Shown here: in pieces, positions 45,878-54,366 of the stretch
Layout of the letters: each line of letters opens with the position of its first letter
How positions within the stretch are numbered: position 1 is the first letter of the stretch
NCBI GenBank assembly: GCA_040752815.1
Contig: JBFMGC010000002.1
Coordinates: 35,490-99,489 of the forward strand
Source of the DNA: Candidatus Zixiibacteriota bacterium
Lineage (GTDB): Bacteria > Zixibacteria > MSB-5A5 > GN15 > FEB-12
Length of the DNA: 64,000 nucleotides
Direction of reading: 5' to 3'
The notes under the pieces: generated by a model
The model's input: the letters and a program-made list of their open reading frames with translations, nothing else
The model's database searches: none
Told to the model about the DNA's origin: nothing
Made by a program: the position numbers and the translations under genes

Positions 45878-46435
45878 TCACTGTCCGGTGGAGTCAGAAA
45901 CCTCGGTCACCGAGCCAGAAACCTGGCTTAGGATCTTGAGCCGCCCCAGATCAGGATCGGCCTCCATCCCCCAACCGGTCATGACATCGGAGCGACGAGT
46001 GAACTTGACAAAGGCGTCCGACTCGATCTTGTGCCTTTCGGGGTTCCAGCGCAGGAACTTGGTATCAAGGCGGGCTGAATCCTCGGTGATGACGACCACC
46101 TTCCCGAATACCTCCAGGCGGTCGTTCTTCTCACGAATGACCCCCGAATCGGCGATCAGATTGGATGTCTTGTGGCCGGCCGAATCGAAAAAGTCTATGT
46201 CCAGGACGTAGCCGACAGTCGAGTCGACCGCCTCGAACCGTCGCATCAGGTGGGACCGGATTTCCGCCGTCACCAGGTCGCGGTCGTACAGAAGGATCGT
46301 GGCCCCCGAGACTTCGGAGTCGGGGCGCAAGGTCGAATCGGCGGCGGTCTGGTCCACCTGCGAGACAGTTTTCCGTCCGCACCCCCACCAAAGTGAGGTT
46401 GCCAGAATGAGCGTAATGAGGTCGATTCTAACCAT
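45878..46435 (-). CDS. lptC: LptC-like LPS export protein (lipoprotein-anchored)
   Basis: The N-terminal anchor with Cys (SLWWGCG) and beta-jellyroll-like repeats (GYVLDIDFFDSAGHKTSNLIADSGVI...LEVFGKVVV...LRWNPERHKIESDAFVKF) resemble LptC/OstA-like folds. Confidence 0.6.
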   Translation of the reverse strand: MVRIDLITLILATSLWWGCGRKTVSQVDQTAADSTLRPDSEVSGATILLYDRDLVTAEIRSHLMRRFEAVDSTVGYVLDIDFFDSAGHKTSNLIADSGVIREKNDRLEVFGKVVVITEDSARLDTKFLRWNPERHKIESDAFVKFTRRSDVMTGWGMEADPDLGRLKILSQVSGSVTEVSDSTGQ

Positions 46436-46497
46436 AGTACTGCCTTGAGGCTATTATACGTATATCGACAAATAAGATCGCTCAAATCAGCGGCAAG

Positions 46498-47508
46498 TCA
46501 AGCGGCTGGAATCTTCCTGGTTCGCCAGCGGTTGTGCTGCCACGGCCACTGGTCTGGGTACGCCCGGATAAACTCTTCGAGCGCCTGCGTGCACTTCAAC
46601 GTCATGTTGTAAACATCGGCCTCGAAGTCACCGCTCGGTTTGATTTCAACCGGCGGTTGAATAATGAGCCGGTAACGATTATCGGGGGTCCTCACGCAGG
46701 CCATCGGTACGAACGCCGCCCCGGTTCGAAGCCCGAGCACACTCTGGCCCACCGGCGTGTACGACCACCGCCCGAACGCGGGGACAAACTGGCCGCGCAC
46801 CCGGTGAGAATCGGTGTCAATCAAAACACCCAGCGCTCTTCCCTGCCTGAGCCATCCGAGTATGATCTTGGGCGACTCGGTGGTGGCGATATTAACCAGT
46901 CCCACCGCCTCGCGATTGGCGCTCAAGAGGCGATCCAGCCGCGGATCGTACAGCTCGCGTCCTATGACCGCGACTTCGTAGCCGAGGCTCGCGATATAGG
47001 CTGCCAGCAGTTCAAAGTTGCCGATATGCCCGGTTACCCCGATCACACCCTTGCCGCGGCGATAGGCGATGTCGAAATACTCCAGCCCCTCGACCTGCAC
47101 CAAAGCTCTGAGCTCGGTCCCAAAGTGCCTCCTAAAACGGAGCACGTCGGCCATGTTCCTGCCGCTGTTGACAAAGAAATCCCTGCCGATCTGCAGCTTC
47201 TGCCGGTGTGTCAATTGTCCACCGTAGACCAGTGTGAGGTGTCGTACCGCCCGGTGTTGATCTCGCGGGGCCAGCCCCCACGCGGCCAGTCCAAGCCATC
47301 CGCCGAGGGTGATCGCGCTCCGTCTCGGCAGGCGATTCAACAGACGGGACAACAGCCTGACAAGAAAATAGACGGCCGTGCGTTTTGTGGACTTCAGGAC
47401 ATTCACTTCTGAAGATAGTGTAGGCAACTTGTTGGGGAGAGGCAAGCAGCCGGGCCTAAGCCGTTGGGGACCGTTGCCGCAACCGCAAGGGTCGCTGACT
47501 GCAGCCAC
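46498..47508 (-). CDS. lipid A biosynthesis (Kdo2-lipid IVA) acyltransferase family, LpxL/HtrB-like
   Basis: GKGVIGVTGHIGNFEL (the H-x4-D/E-type acyltransferase block), the N-terminal membrane segment and PDQWPWQHNRWR at the C-terminus are typical of the family. The true start is probably downstream of the track start. Confidence 0.8.
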   Translation of the reverse strand: MAAVSDPCGCGNGPQRLRPGCLPLPNKLPTLSSEVNVLKSTKRTAVYFLVRLLSRLLNRLPRRSAITLGGWLGLAAWGLAPRDQHRAVRHLTLVYGGQLTHRQKLQIGRDFFVNSGRNMADVLRFRRHFGTELRALVQVEGLEYFDIAYRRGKGVIGVTGHIGNFELLAAYIASLGYEVAVIGRELYDPRLDRLLSANREAVGLVNIATTESPKIILGWLRQGRALGVLIDTDSHRVRGQFVPAFGRWSYTPVGQSVLGLRTGAAFVPMACVRTPDNRYRLIIQPPVEIKPSGDFEADVYNMTLKCTQALEEFIRAYPDQWPWQHNRWRTRKIPAA

Positions 47509-47517
47509 AGCCGGAGA

Positions 47518-48738
47518 TCAGTGTCGCGGCGGCGGAACGGTCCGGCCGGTGTCGGGCGGGGTTGATTCGATAATCAAAGTGTCCTCGACGTTCTGAAACC
47601 GCCGATAAGCGTCCTCTTTGTCCGACGCAAACTTGCCGGGGCGGACAACCAAGGTTAGATCTACTTCGTTGCGCAGCAAAGACAACGTGGCACCTCCGCG
47701 GTCCAGTCCCACTAGCAGAAACTCGACCAACTGCCGATGATTCCGCGGCCGCTTGCCGTCGACCGCGCGGATAATGTCCCCCTCGCGTAATCCGCAGGCG
47801 TACCCCAGACGGGTGGTGTCGATTTTGTTCACCGTCAGCCGATTATTGTCACCGATACTTACGGCGAATCCAAGCTGCCCTTTGATCGGAATACCCTCGA
47901 CACTCCCCTGGCCGTCCCCCATCGATCCCTCGGCGGAGCTCGCAGGCGCCCGCGTGGCTTCGACCAGAGCTGAAAGCGGTGACTCGTCGAGCAGCCACTG
48001 AACCAGCGGATGGTCGAAGACCAGCACCCACTGCGTGAGCAGGTATTTCTCGAATATTTCGCGCCCGAGACTCTGACTCCTCCAGAACTCCGACTGGTAC
48101 GCTTCGAATGTGGAATCAAGCCCGATGATCGTCTGCGATGTCACCAGCGCGAGCAGCATGGCAAGGTTGTCGCGGCGGTATGGGCCCGGCTGCATGAGCG
48201 GATGGGCCGCCATCGAGCGATACAACGGGTCGTCCGCCTTCTCCGCCTGGGCGAGCATCCGGTGCGCCAGGTGGTATATAAGGTTGAACTCTTGAACAGC
48301 CCCCTGCGGTGCGGCAATTGCCATCTCACCGCGCCGCATCCCGCCGACCGGAATTACGAACGGCTCGGAGCCGCCGAACGACGGGTAATATCGCAGAACG
48401 TAAAGGTCGAAACGATCCTCCACCCAATCGAGTCCCGAGAACTGGGTCAGGAGCCACAGGATGCTGTCCCCCTTGACTTCCCAGAACCAGGCGAGCGCCG
48501 AATCGTTTTCCCGCACCCAACGAAGATCCTGCAAGACCGAGTGGGTCTTATAGAATTCGGGGTAGATTTCAGACTGAAACATGAACGACCGGTTGTTGAA
48601 CCGGACTTCCGGAACCGGCAGATCATATTGCACCTGACGCAGTCGCGCAGCGGCGGTATCTTTGGCCGCCTCTTGTGCGACTACCGACGACACGAGGGTC
48701 ATCACGAGGAGGATGGACACTCGGAAGACCATATCCAT
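47518..48738 (-). CDS. secreted PDZ-domain protein
   Basis: Signal peptide MDMVFRVSILLVMTLVSSVVAQ. C-terminal PDZ-like GLREGDIIRAVDGKRPRNHRQLVEFL. The N-terminal 300 aa are unassigned. Confidence 0.55.
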   Translation of the reverse strand: MDMVFRVSILLVMTLVSSVVAQEAAKDTAAARLRQVQYDLPVPEVRFNNRSFMFQSEIYPEFYKTHSVLQDLRWVRENDSALAWFWEVKGDSILWLLTQFSGLDWVEDRFDLYVLRYYPSFGGSEPFVIPVGGMRRGEMAIAAPQGAVQEFNLIYHLAHRMLAQAEKADDPLYRSMAAHPLMQPGPYRRDNLAMLLALVTSQTIIGLDSTFEAYQSEFWRSQSLGREIFEKYLLTQWVLVFDHPLVQWLLDESPLSALVEATRAPASSAEGSMGDGQGSVEGIPIKGQLGFAVSIGDNNRLTVNKIDTTRLGYACGLREGDIIRAVDGKRPRNHRQLVEFLLVGLDRGGATLSLLRNEVDLTLVVRPGKFASDKEDAYRRFQNVEDTLIIESTPPDTGRTVPPPRH

Positions 48739-48798
48739 TGTAATAAAGACGGCCCGGCGACCGATCGCAAGGATTTAGCGTGGGTGATTTGGCGGATG

Positions 48799-48914
48799 GC
48801 TGGTGGGCGAGGACATCCACCAGCCACGGCACGTGGGTATGATCTGTTGGGTCAGGTCTAGAGCACGACCCGGCCCGCGAAGCGGCCAGGGTCGGGCGGT
48901 GACCTGACGCCGTC
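48799..48914. repeat. direct-repeat copy 1 (family C) downstream of membrane-protein gene 49047-49952
   Basis: GCTGGTGGgcgaggacatCCACCAGC ... gagcacgacccggcccgcgaagcggccagggtcgggcggtgacctgacgccgtc. Roughly four-fifths identical by eye to 50033-50225. Confidence 0.55.
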
Positions 48915-48933
48915 AACTTCATAAGCATTGCGA

Positions 48934-48996
48934 GCGTCAGTTCACACCCCTTTTGCCTCGCTCAACGGTCAAGGCAAAAGGGGCAAGAACTGACGC
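48934..48996. repeat. 63-nt extended hairpin (10-bp outer + 12-bp inner stem)
   Basis: GCGTCAGTTC-aca-CCCCTTTTGCCT-(13-nt loop)-AGGCAAAAGGGG-caa-GAACTGACGC. Confidence 0.55.
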
Positions 48997-49046
48997 AACC
49001 CATTATGCTGGAGAGGCGGTTAAAAAGCGGATCCGCCCTTCTTGTG

Positions 49047-49952
49047 CTACGTATTCACAACTGACCCGGGCACCGCCGCCGCCTGCGGCGGCTCGACCAG
49101 TCGAAAATAAAACTGCACATACAGGGCGTTAAAGAACGCCCCAACATACCCGCCGATTACCAGCGCCACCGGCAGACCGATAAACAGCGCCAGAAACAAT
49201 ATCGCCACGAGATTCTCAGTCACCCCGAGCACGAGCAGGTTAATCGGTAGATAGAAGATCGCCGCCAGGATAACAACCACGATAGCAATGCCTATTCCCA
49301 GCCCGATCATGATCAGGCTCATGATAAAGCAGTTGGCCTTGTTCCGCATGAGCAGATTCCAGCCCTCGACAATGGCGTCGGCGATGGCGTTGTCGCGCGC
49401 CACCATCGCTACCTCCGCAAGGCTGAAAGTGTGGTATATACCGAAGAATACAACCAGACCGGCTGGAATAGTGAGCAGAAGACTGAACGGGGTCAGTACA
49501 ATCGCCAGGACTACGATCGCCGCGATCAGCGCGATAGCTGCGAAAAACTCCACCATGGTTATGCCGAAGAACCGCCAGAAGAAATCTGTGCCGCGTGAGA
49601 ACGACGTGCCAAAACTGTACTGTCCGCCCCGCGTGATCTTGTTGACCGCGTCGATAATAGCCGGCTGGGCGATCAAGTAGCAGATGAAAAATAGAAGCCC
49701 CAGCGCCACGACCCACAGGAGCAGCGCGCTGAGGACCGCGAATTCCGGCGGGACCAGGTCGGTGGGCAGGCCCATCTGGTCAAACCAGTCGTAGGCAAAA
49801 CTCATGTCAAGCTCGTCCGAGTCCACCTTCTCGGTCCAGTTGAAATTGAATGCATCGCCTCCGCCCGCAAACAGCCCGAAGATCCAAAGCGTCTTGAAGC
49901 GCCAGGCCATCTCAAATGACTTCTGTATGATTGCGCCGAAATCAATGCCCAT
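49047..49952 (-). CDS. polytopic membrane protein of unknown function
   Basis: At least six hydrophobic helices. The N-terminus IIQKSFEMAWRFKTLWIFGLF resembles DUF975-like or GP-PDE membrane-domain-like families, but only loosely. Confidence 0.5.
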   Translation of the reverse strand: MGIDFGAIIQKSFEMAWRFKTLWIFGLFAGGGDAFNFNWTEKVDSDELDMSFAYDWFDQMGLPTDLVPPEFAVLSALLLWVVALGLLFFICYLIAQPAIIDAVNKITRGGQYSFGTSFSRGTDFFWRFFGITMVEFFAAIALIAAIVVLAIVLTPFSLLLTIPAGLVVFFGIYHTFSLAEVAMVARDNAIADAIVEGWNLLMRNKANCFIMSLIMIGLGIGIAIVVVILAAIFYLPINLLVLGVTENLVAILFLALFIGLPVALVIGGYVGAFFNALYVQFYFRLVEPPQAAAVPGSVVNT

Positions 49953-50032
49953 ATCAGCCTCCAGGGTAGATTATGTCGGCCGAATATACGGAGTTGTTAA
50001 ATATGCTCGCAACGGCGATGTATGGCGTGCGA

Positions 50033-50225
50033 GCTGGTGGACGGGGATATCCACTAGCCAGGGATGGCAGAACCGCCGACCGCGTGCTGACGCGCGCGGT
50101 CCATGGGTTCTTCCCTACAAGAGTCGGTAGCTGCAAGAGTCCGTGGCTGTGAACTGTTGCGTCGGGTCCTGAGCACGACCTGGCTCGCGAACCGGTCGGG
50201 GGTCGGGCGATGACGTGACGCCGTC
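50033..50225. repeat. direct-repeat copy 2 (family C) upstream of membrane-protein gene, with ~80-nt insertion
   Basis: GCTGGTGGacggggatatCCACTAGC ... gagcacgacctggctcgcgaaccggtcgggggtcgggcgatgacgtgacgccgtc. The insertion (about 50071-50150) carries a ccctacaaga motif also seen at 16141. Confidence 0.55.
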
Positions 50226-50393
50226 TTGTGCTGTCGGGCGACCCGGCTCGACAGCTGTGGCCGGCGCGTCTCCCGGTGCGCCGGCTAGCCGTACACAGTT
50301 CATCCGTGACACGTTTTGAGCTTGCCTCCGGGACAGTATAACGTTACTCATTGCCGAAGTGTGACACTTACGGATGTTGTGAGAGCGCCGATC

Positions 50394-50780
50394 ATGCACT
50401 CGGTCAGTAGGTTGATTCCGGTCATTTCCATCCTGACTTTCCTCGCCATAATCACCGGCTGCGGCCGGGGTCAGCAGGCCGAGAATCGCCTGTCTGACAC
50501 CGCCGCTTCGGCCCAACCAGCGCCGCAGGACAGTCTCGTGATCGATCTGGTCGGTATCGACTCAACCACAGTACTTGACCTGCTTTTGGCAAAGCACCGG
50601 GTCGATTACCGTGTCACCGCCGGCGGGGCGTTCGTGGTGGCGATCGGCGACGCCAAAAACAGCGCCGAATACTTCTGGCTCTATTCGGTCAATGACACGA
50701 TGGCACGGGTTGCCTGCGACCAGTATCTCACGCGGACCAACGACCGCGTACGCTGGCATTACCGCAAGGTCGGGATATGA
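50394..50780 (+). CDS. DUF4430-like lipoprotein
   Basis: Lipobox MHSVSRLIPVISILTFLAIITGC-G. The C-terminus FVVAIGDAKNSAEYFWLYSVNDTMARVACDQY resembles the DUF4430 (transcobalamin-like) pattern. Confidence 0.55.
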   Translation: MHSVSRLIPVISILTFLAIITGCGRGQQAENRLSDTAASAQPAPQDSLVIDLVGIDSTTVLDLLLAKHRVDYRVTAGGAFVVAIGDAKNSAEYFWLYSVNDTMARVACDQYLTRTNDRVRWHYRKVGI

Positions 50781-50881
50781 TCCCGGCTGCGACCGGGTAT
50801 TATCTATATGTGAATTCACTTTAATGTTGCGCGTACAACGGAGTATCTCTTAATTCTGCCAGCACCTTAAAGGAGGTCATT

Positions 50882-50953
50882 ATGGCTAAGGGAAAAGACA
50901 AACCGAAAAAAGAGACTAAGAAGCCCAAGAAGAGCAAGAAGAAGGGCTGCTAG
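50882..50953 (+). CDS. 23-aa lysine-rich mini-protein MAKGKDKPKKETKKPKKSKKKGC
   Basis: Too short for the ORF track. AGGAGG (50871-50876) lies 5 nt before the ATG, an A/T-rich region sits upstream, and a stem-loop plus T-run follows 45 nt downstream. Confidence 0.45.
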   Translation: MAKGKDKPKKETKKPKKSKKKGC

Positions 50954-50997
50954 TCTTGCCGAAGACGTAAGCGGCGGCACTCCCTGTCGTCACTGAC

Positions 50998-51032
50998 ACG
51001 GCCCGGAAGCCGCAAGCCGCCGGGCCGTTTTC
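50998..51032 (+). terminator. Rho-independent terminator-like hairpin after the mini-ORF
   Basis: ACGGCCCGG-(13-nt loop)-CCGGGCCGT followed by TTTTC. Confidence 0.5.
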
Positions 51033-51085
51033 ATGTCTATTTCCGGCTGGCGTTTTGCCGGGGTCGGCATATATTTCCGACTACC

Positions 51086-51880
51086 ATGAATAACACACTC
51101 GAGCGTATTGAACGGGGCGAGTTTTTTCTGATCGCCGGCCCGTGCGCGATCGAATCGGAACAGCTCTGTCTTGATGTCGCCGCTCGTGTCAATGATCTCG
51201 CCCGCCGGCACGATCTGCCCTATATCTTCAAGTCATCGTACAAGAAAGCCAACCGGTCGGCGGCGGGAACCTACGCGGGTCCGGGACTCGAAGCCGGTCT
51301 GATCGTGCTGAAGAAAGTCAAGGCTGAACTCGGTATCCCGGTGCTGACCGACATCCACGAAACGCCGGAAATCGGTCCAGTTGCCGAAGTCGCCGACGTC
51401 CTCCAGATACCCGCGTTCCTATGCCGTCAGACCGATCTGGTCGTGCAGGCCGCCGCGACTGGGCGCTGGATCAACATCAAGAAGGGCCAGTTCCTCGCAC
51501 CCGATGACATGACCCGAATCGCCGCCAAGGCCGGCTCCGGGAAGATTATGCTTACCGAGCGCGGTTCAACATTCGGATACCACAATCTCGTGATCGATTT
51601 CCGCTCGCTTGTAATCATGAAGAAAACCGGCTGCCGGGTTGTTTTCGACGCCACCCACTCCTTGCAGTTGCCCGGCGGCGGCGACGGTGTCTCGCTGGGG
51701 CAGCCGGAGTTTGTCATTCCGATGGCCCGGGCCGCGATGGCGGTGGGAATCGACGGGCTCTTTGTCGAAACGCACCCCGAACCGGCTAAGGCCTTATGTG
51801 ACGCCGGTGTCATGCTTCCAATTGACCGGATGGAGCAGTTGCTCGATTCAGTACTGCGTATCAGGGACGCCCTCAAATAG
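51086..51880 (+). CDS. kdsA: 3-deoxy-8-phosphooctulonate synthase
   Basis: FLIAGPCAIES, YIFKSSYKKANRS, PVLTDIHE and FDATHSLQLPGG are KdsA signatures. Confidence 0.95.
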   Translation: MNNTLERIERGEFFLIAGPCAIESEQLCLDVAARVNDLARRHDLPYIFKSSYKKANRSAAGTYAGPGLEAGLIVLKKVKAELGIPVLTDIHETPEIGPVAEVADVLQIPAFLCRQTDLVVQAAATGRWINIKKGQFLAPDDMTRIAAKAGSGKIMLTERGSTFGYHNLVIDFRSLVIMKKTGCRVVFDATHSLQLPGGGDGVSLGQPEFVIPMARAAMAVGIDGLFVETHPEPAKALCDAGVMLPIDRMEQLLDSVLRIRDALK

Positions 51881-51887
51881 GCTGGTT

Positions 51888-52418
51888 ATGAATAAACTCA
51901 CGCGTACCGAATTCGTCGAGCGTCTGAAATTGATCAGGCTGCTGGCTATTGATGTCGACGGCGTGCTAACTGACGATTCGATCTACTTCGGCCCGGACGG
52001 ATTCGAGCTGAAGAGGTTTAACATCTCCGACGGCTTCTACATGGTGCTGGCCATGCGCCACGGTCTCGAACTAGCGATCGTTTCCGGCCGCCACTCAGCC
52101 GCAACCGATACCCGCATGAAAGATCTCGGCATAAAACATGTGCTGCAGGCCAGAAAAGATAAAGTCGAGATGATCGCCCCGCTCCTGGCTGGCCTGCGCA
52201 TCGGTTTTGAGCAGGTGGCATTCATGGGGAACGAGATTCTCGATATCAAACTCGCTCGCCGGGTGGCGCTGCCGATTGCTGTAGCTGACTCGGCCAAAGG
52301 CCTGCTCGACGAAGTAGCCTATGTCACCGAACGAAAGGGCGGGCACGGCGCGGTGCGCGAAGTATTGGAATGCTACTTTGAGGCTGTTGGAGTCAATCCG
52401 AAAGAGCTGGTGATCTGA
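51888..52418 (+). CDS. kdsC: 3-deoxy-D-manno-octulosonate 8-phosphate phosphatase (HAD family)
   Basis: IRLLAIDVDGVLTDD (the DxD HAD motif), VSGRHS and FMGNEILDI. Start is set at ATG 51888, because the track ORF's 5' extension overlaps kdsA out of frame. Confidence 0.9.
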   Translation: MNKLTRTEFVERLKLIRLLAIDVDGVLTDDSIYFGPDGFELKRFNISDGFYMVLAMRHGLELAIVSGRHSAATDTRMKDLGIKHVLQARKDKVEMIAPLLAGLRIGFEQVAFMGNEILDIKLARRVALPIAVADSAKGLLDEVAYVTERKGGHGAVREVLECYFEAVGVNPKELVI

Positions 52419-53386
52419 TGGACCTGATCAGGTATGCGCAGGAGGTGATCCGCAGCGAGGCGGGAGCGGTTGCGGCCATGGCAGATCGCCTGGGACCGAG
52501 CTTCCAGCAGGCGGTGGAGGCAATACTTGAGTGCAGGGGACGAGTCATTGTCGCCGGGCTGGGCAAATCGGGCCTGATCGGCCGCAAGATTGTCGCCACT
52601 TTCAACTCGACTGGTATCTCGTCGTTCTTTCTGCACCCGGCCGATGCCCTCCACGGCGACCTTGGCCTGATCCGCGCCGAGGATATCCTGATGATCATCT
52701 CCAAGTCAGGCCGTCAGGAGGAACTCGAGATGATAATCGCGGTGGCTCGGCGACTCGGTGTGACGATCATGGTGCTCGGCGGCAATACCGAATCGGATCT
52801 GTACCAGAAGGCCGACATCGCCCTGGACTGCTCGGTCGCCAGCGAGGCCTGTCCGAATAACCTGGTGCCGACGTCATCATCGACCGCCACACTGGTTATG
52901 GGCGACGCCCTTGCGCTCGCACTTCTCAAGGCCCGCCATTTCACCAAAGAGGATTTCGCCGAGCTGCACCCGGCCGGGTTTCTTGGGCGCAGGCTGCTTA
53001 AGCGAGTTTTGGAATATCATCACACGGGTGACTCGATCCCGCTCGTCCGCCCCGACGCCACATTTTCCGAGATGATGGTGATTATGAGCGAAAAGCGGCT
53101 GGGCTGTGTGGTCACGACGGATTCAGATCACAGGGTGACTGGGATTTTCTGTGACGGAGACCTGCGCCGCCTGCTGGAAAGGGTCGGCGACAAAGCCATA
53201 TTCGGTTTGAGAGCGTCGGATGTCATTGTGAAGAACCCCAAGACGATTCGTCAGGATGCCATTCTCGACGCCGCCCTTGCGCTCATGGAGCAGAAAGAGA
53301 TCACCCAGCTCCCGACAGTCGACGACCATGGCCGCTTGACGGGCGTGATACATTTGCATGACATCTTGAAATCGAAGCTGGTGTGA
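52418..53386 (+). CDS. kdsD: arabinose-5-phosphate isomerase (SIS + tandem CBS)
   Basis: GRVIVAGLGKSGLIGRKIVATFNSTG and SKSGRQEE form the SIS domain. Two C-terminal CBS domains follow. The start overlaps the kdsC stop (ATGA type). Confidence 0.95.
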   Translation: MDLIRYAQEVIRSEAGAVAAMADRLGPSFQQAVEAILECRGRVIVAGLGKSGLIGRKIVATFNSTGISSFFLHPADALHGDLGLIRAEDILMIISKSGRQEELEMIIAVARRLGVTIMVLGGNTESDLYQKADIALDCSVASEACPNNLVPTSSSTATLVMGDALALALLKARHFTKEDFAELHPAGFLGRRLLKRVLEYHHTGDSIPLVRPDATFSEMMVIMSEKRLGCVVTTDSDHRVTGIFCDGDLRRLLERVGDKAIFGLRASDVIVKNPKTIRQDAILDAALALMEQKEITQLPTVDDHGRLTGVIHLHDILKSKLV

Positions 53387-53449
53387 GTTCTGAGCTGATT
53401 GGCTGGATATCAGGTGGGGGAAACTACCCTGCCGTCACCAACGGTAACT

Positions 53450-54256
53450 ATGGATCACTTTGAACGCCTCCTTCGCATCCTCGGAACCGCTCCGAAATCT
53501 CCCAGTCTTCAAGCGTTAACCGAGCTGGTAGCGGCCCATCTGACACGCATTCCTTTCGAGAATATCTCAAAACTCCATTACCTGCAACACTATAACCTGC
53601 GTGCGCTACCCGGCCTGGAGCAATACCTCGACGGAATCGAGCATTGTCACTTTGGTGGTACTTGCTACTCCAACAACTACTACTTCCACCTCCTGCTCCG
53701 GAATCTTGGATATCAGGTGAAGCTCTGTGGGGCGGACATGAACTACTCGGACGTACACGTCGTCAACCTGGTCGTTGTAGAGGGTCGGGAGTATATTGTT
53801 GATGCCGGCTATGCCGCTCCGTTTCTGGAACCCCTGCCGCGCGACCTGTCCCAGGACTACGAAGTTTCGCTCGGCCGCGACAGGTACTTGCTGAAGCCAC
53901 AGGACGGCGATGGCCGATCAGTGATGCATCTTATTCGCGATGGTCAGTTGAAACACGGATACACAATCAAGCCTCAGCACCGGGCTATAGATTATTTCTC
54001 GGGTGTCATCGCTGATTCGTATCGCGACGAGGCCACTTTTATGAATGCGCTTCTGCTGGTGCGATTCTGGCCGGGCCGGTCGCTGGCGATTCACAATTTG
54101 ACCGTGCTCGAATCTGCCGGCTCCCGCTGGAGCACCCGGCAACTCCCCGACCGCAACACCCTTGTTAACGCAGTGGCTGAACACTTCGCTGTACCGCGTG
54201 AAATCACGGCAGCGGCCCTATCCCGAATAGGCGAATTCCGCAACGCCTGGAGTTAA
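53450..54256 (+). CDS. arylamine N-acetyltransferase family protein
   Basis: HLTRIPFENISK and FGGTCYSNNYYFHLLLRNLGY parallel the IPFENL and RGGYCFELN catalytic-Cys blocks of NAT enzymes. Start is set at ATG 53450. Confidence 0.8.
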   Translation: MDHFERLLRILGTAPKSPSLQALTELVAAHLTRIPFENISKLHYLQHYNLRALPGLEQYLDGIEHCHFGGTCYSNNYYFHLLLRNLGYQVKLCGADMNYSDVHVVNLVVVEGREYIVDAGYAAPFLEPLPRDLSQDYEVSLGRDRYLLKPQDGDGRSVMHLIRDGQLKHGYTIKPQHRAIDYFSGVIADSYRDEATFMNALLLVRFWPGRSLAIHNLTVLESAGSRWSTRQLPDRNTLVNAVAEHFAVPREITAAALSRIGEFRNAWS

Positions 54257-54366
54257 TCATCGAAACGAATAACCGGTAATTGCCGTTTGCGATCGAAGAC
54301 GGGGCGAGAATCCCCCATATCGTCGCTGACTCTCGCGACAGCCCGGCGAGATCTTCCGCTCACACT

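Noticed and set aside
46534-47412. 292-aa plus-strand ORF
   Set aside because: It is antisense to the LpxL-like acyltransferase gene. Shadow ORF.
48010-48861. 283-aa plus-strand ORF
   Set aside because: It is antisense to the PDZ-protein gene. Its 3' end merely reads through the intergenic repeat.
49021-49046. GCGGATCCGC + TTTTT as a terminator for the membrane-protein gene
   Set aside because: The usable stem is only 3-4 bp with a 4-nt loop. That is too weak to call.
51639-51887. 5' extension of the kdsC ORF in the track (start 51639)
   Set aside because: The extension overlaps kdsA in another frame. The HAD domain begins right after ATG 51888, 7 nt past the kdsA stop.
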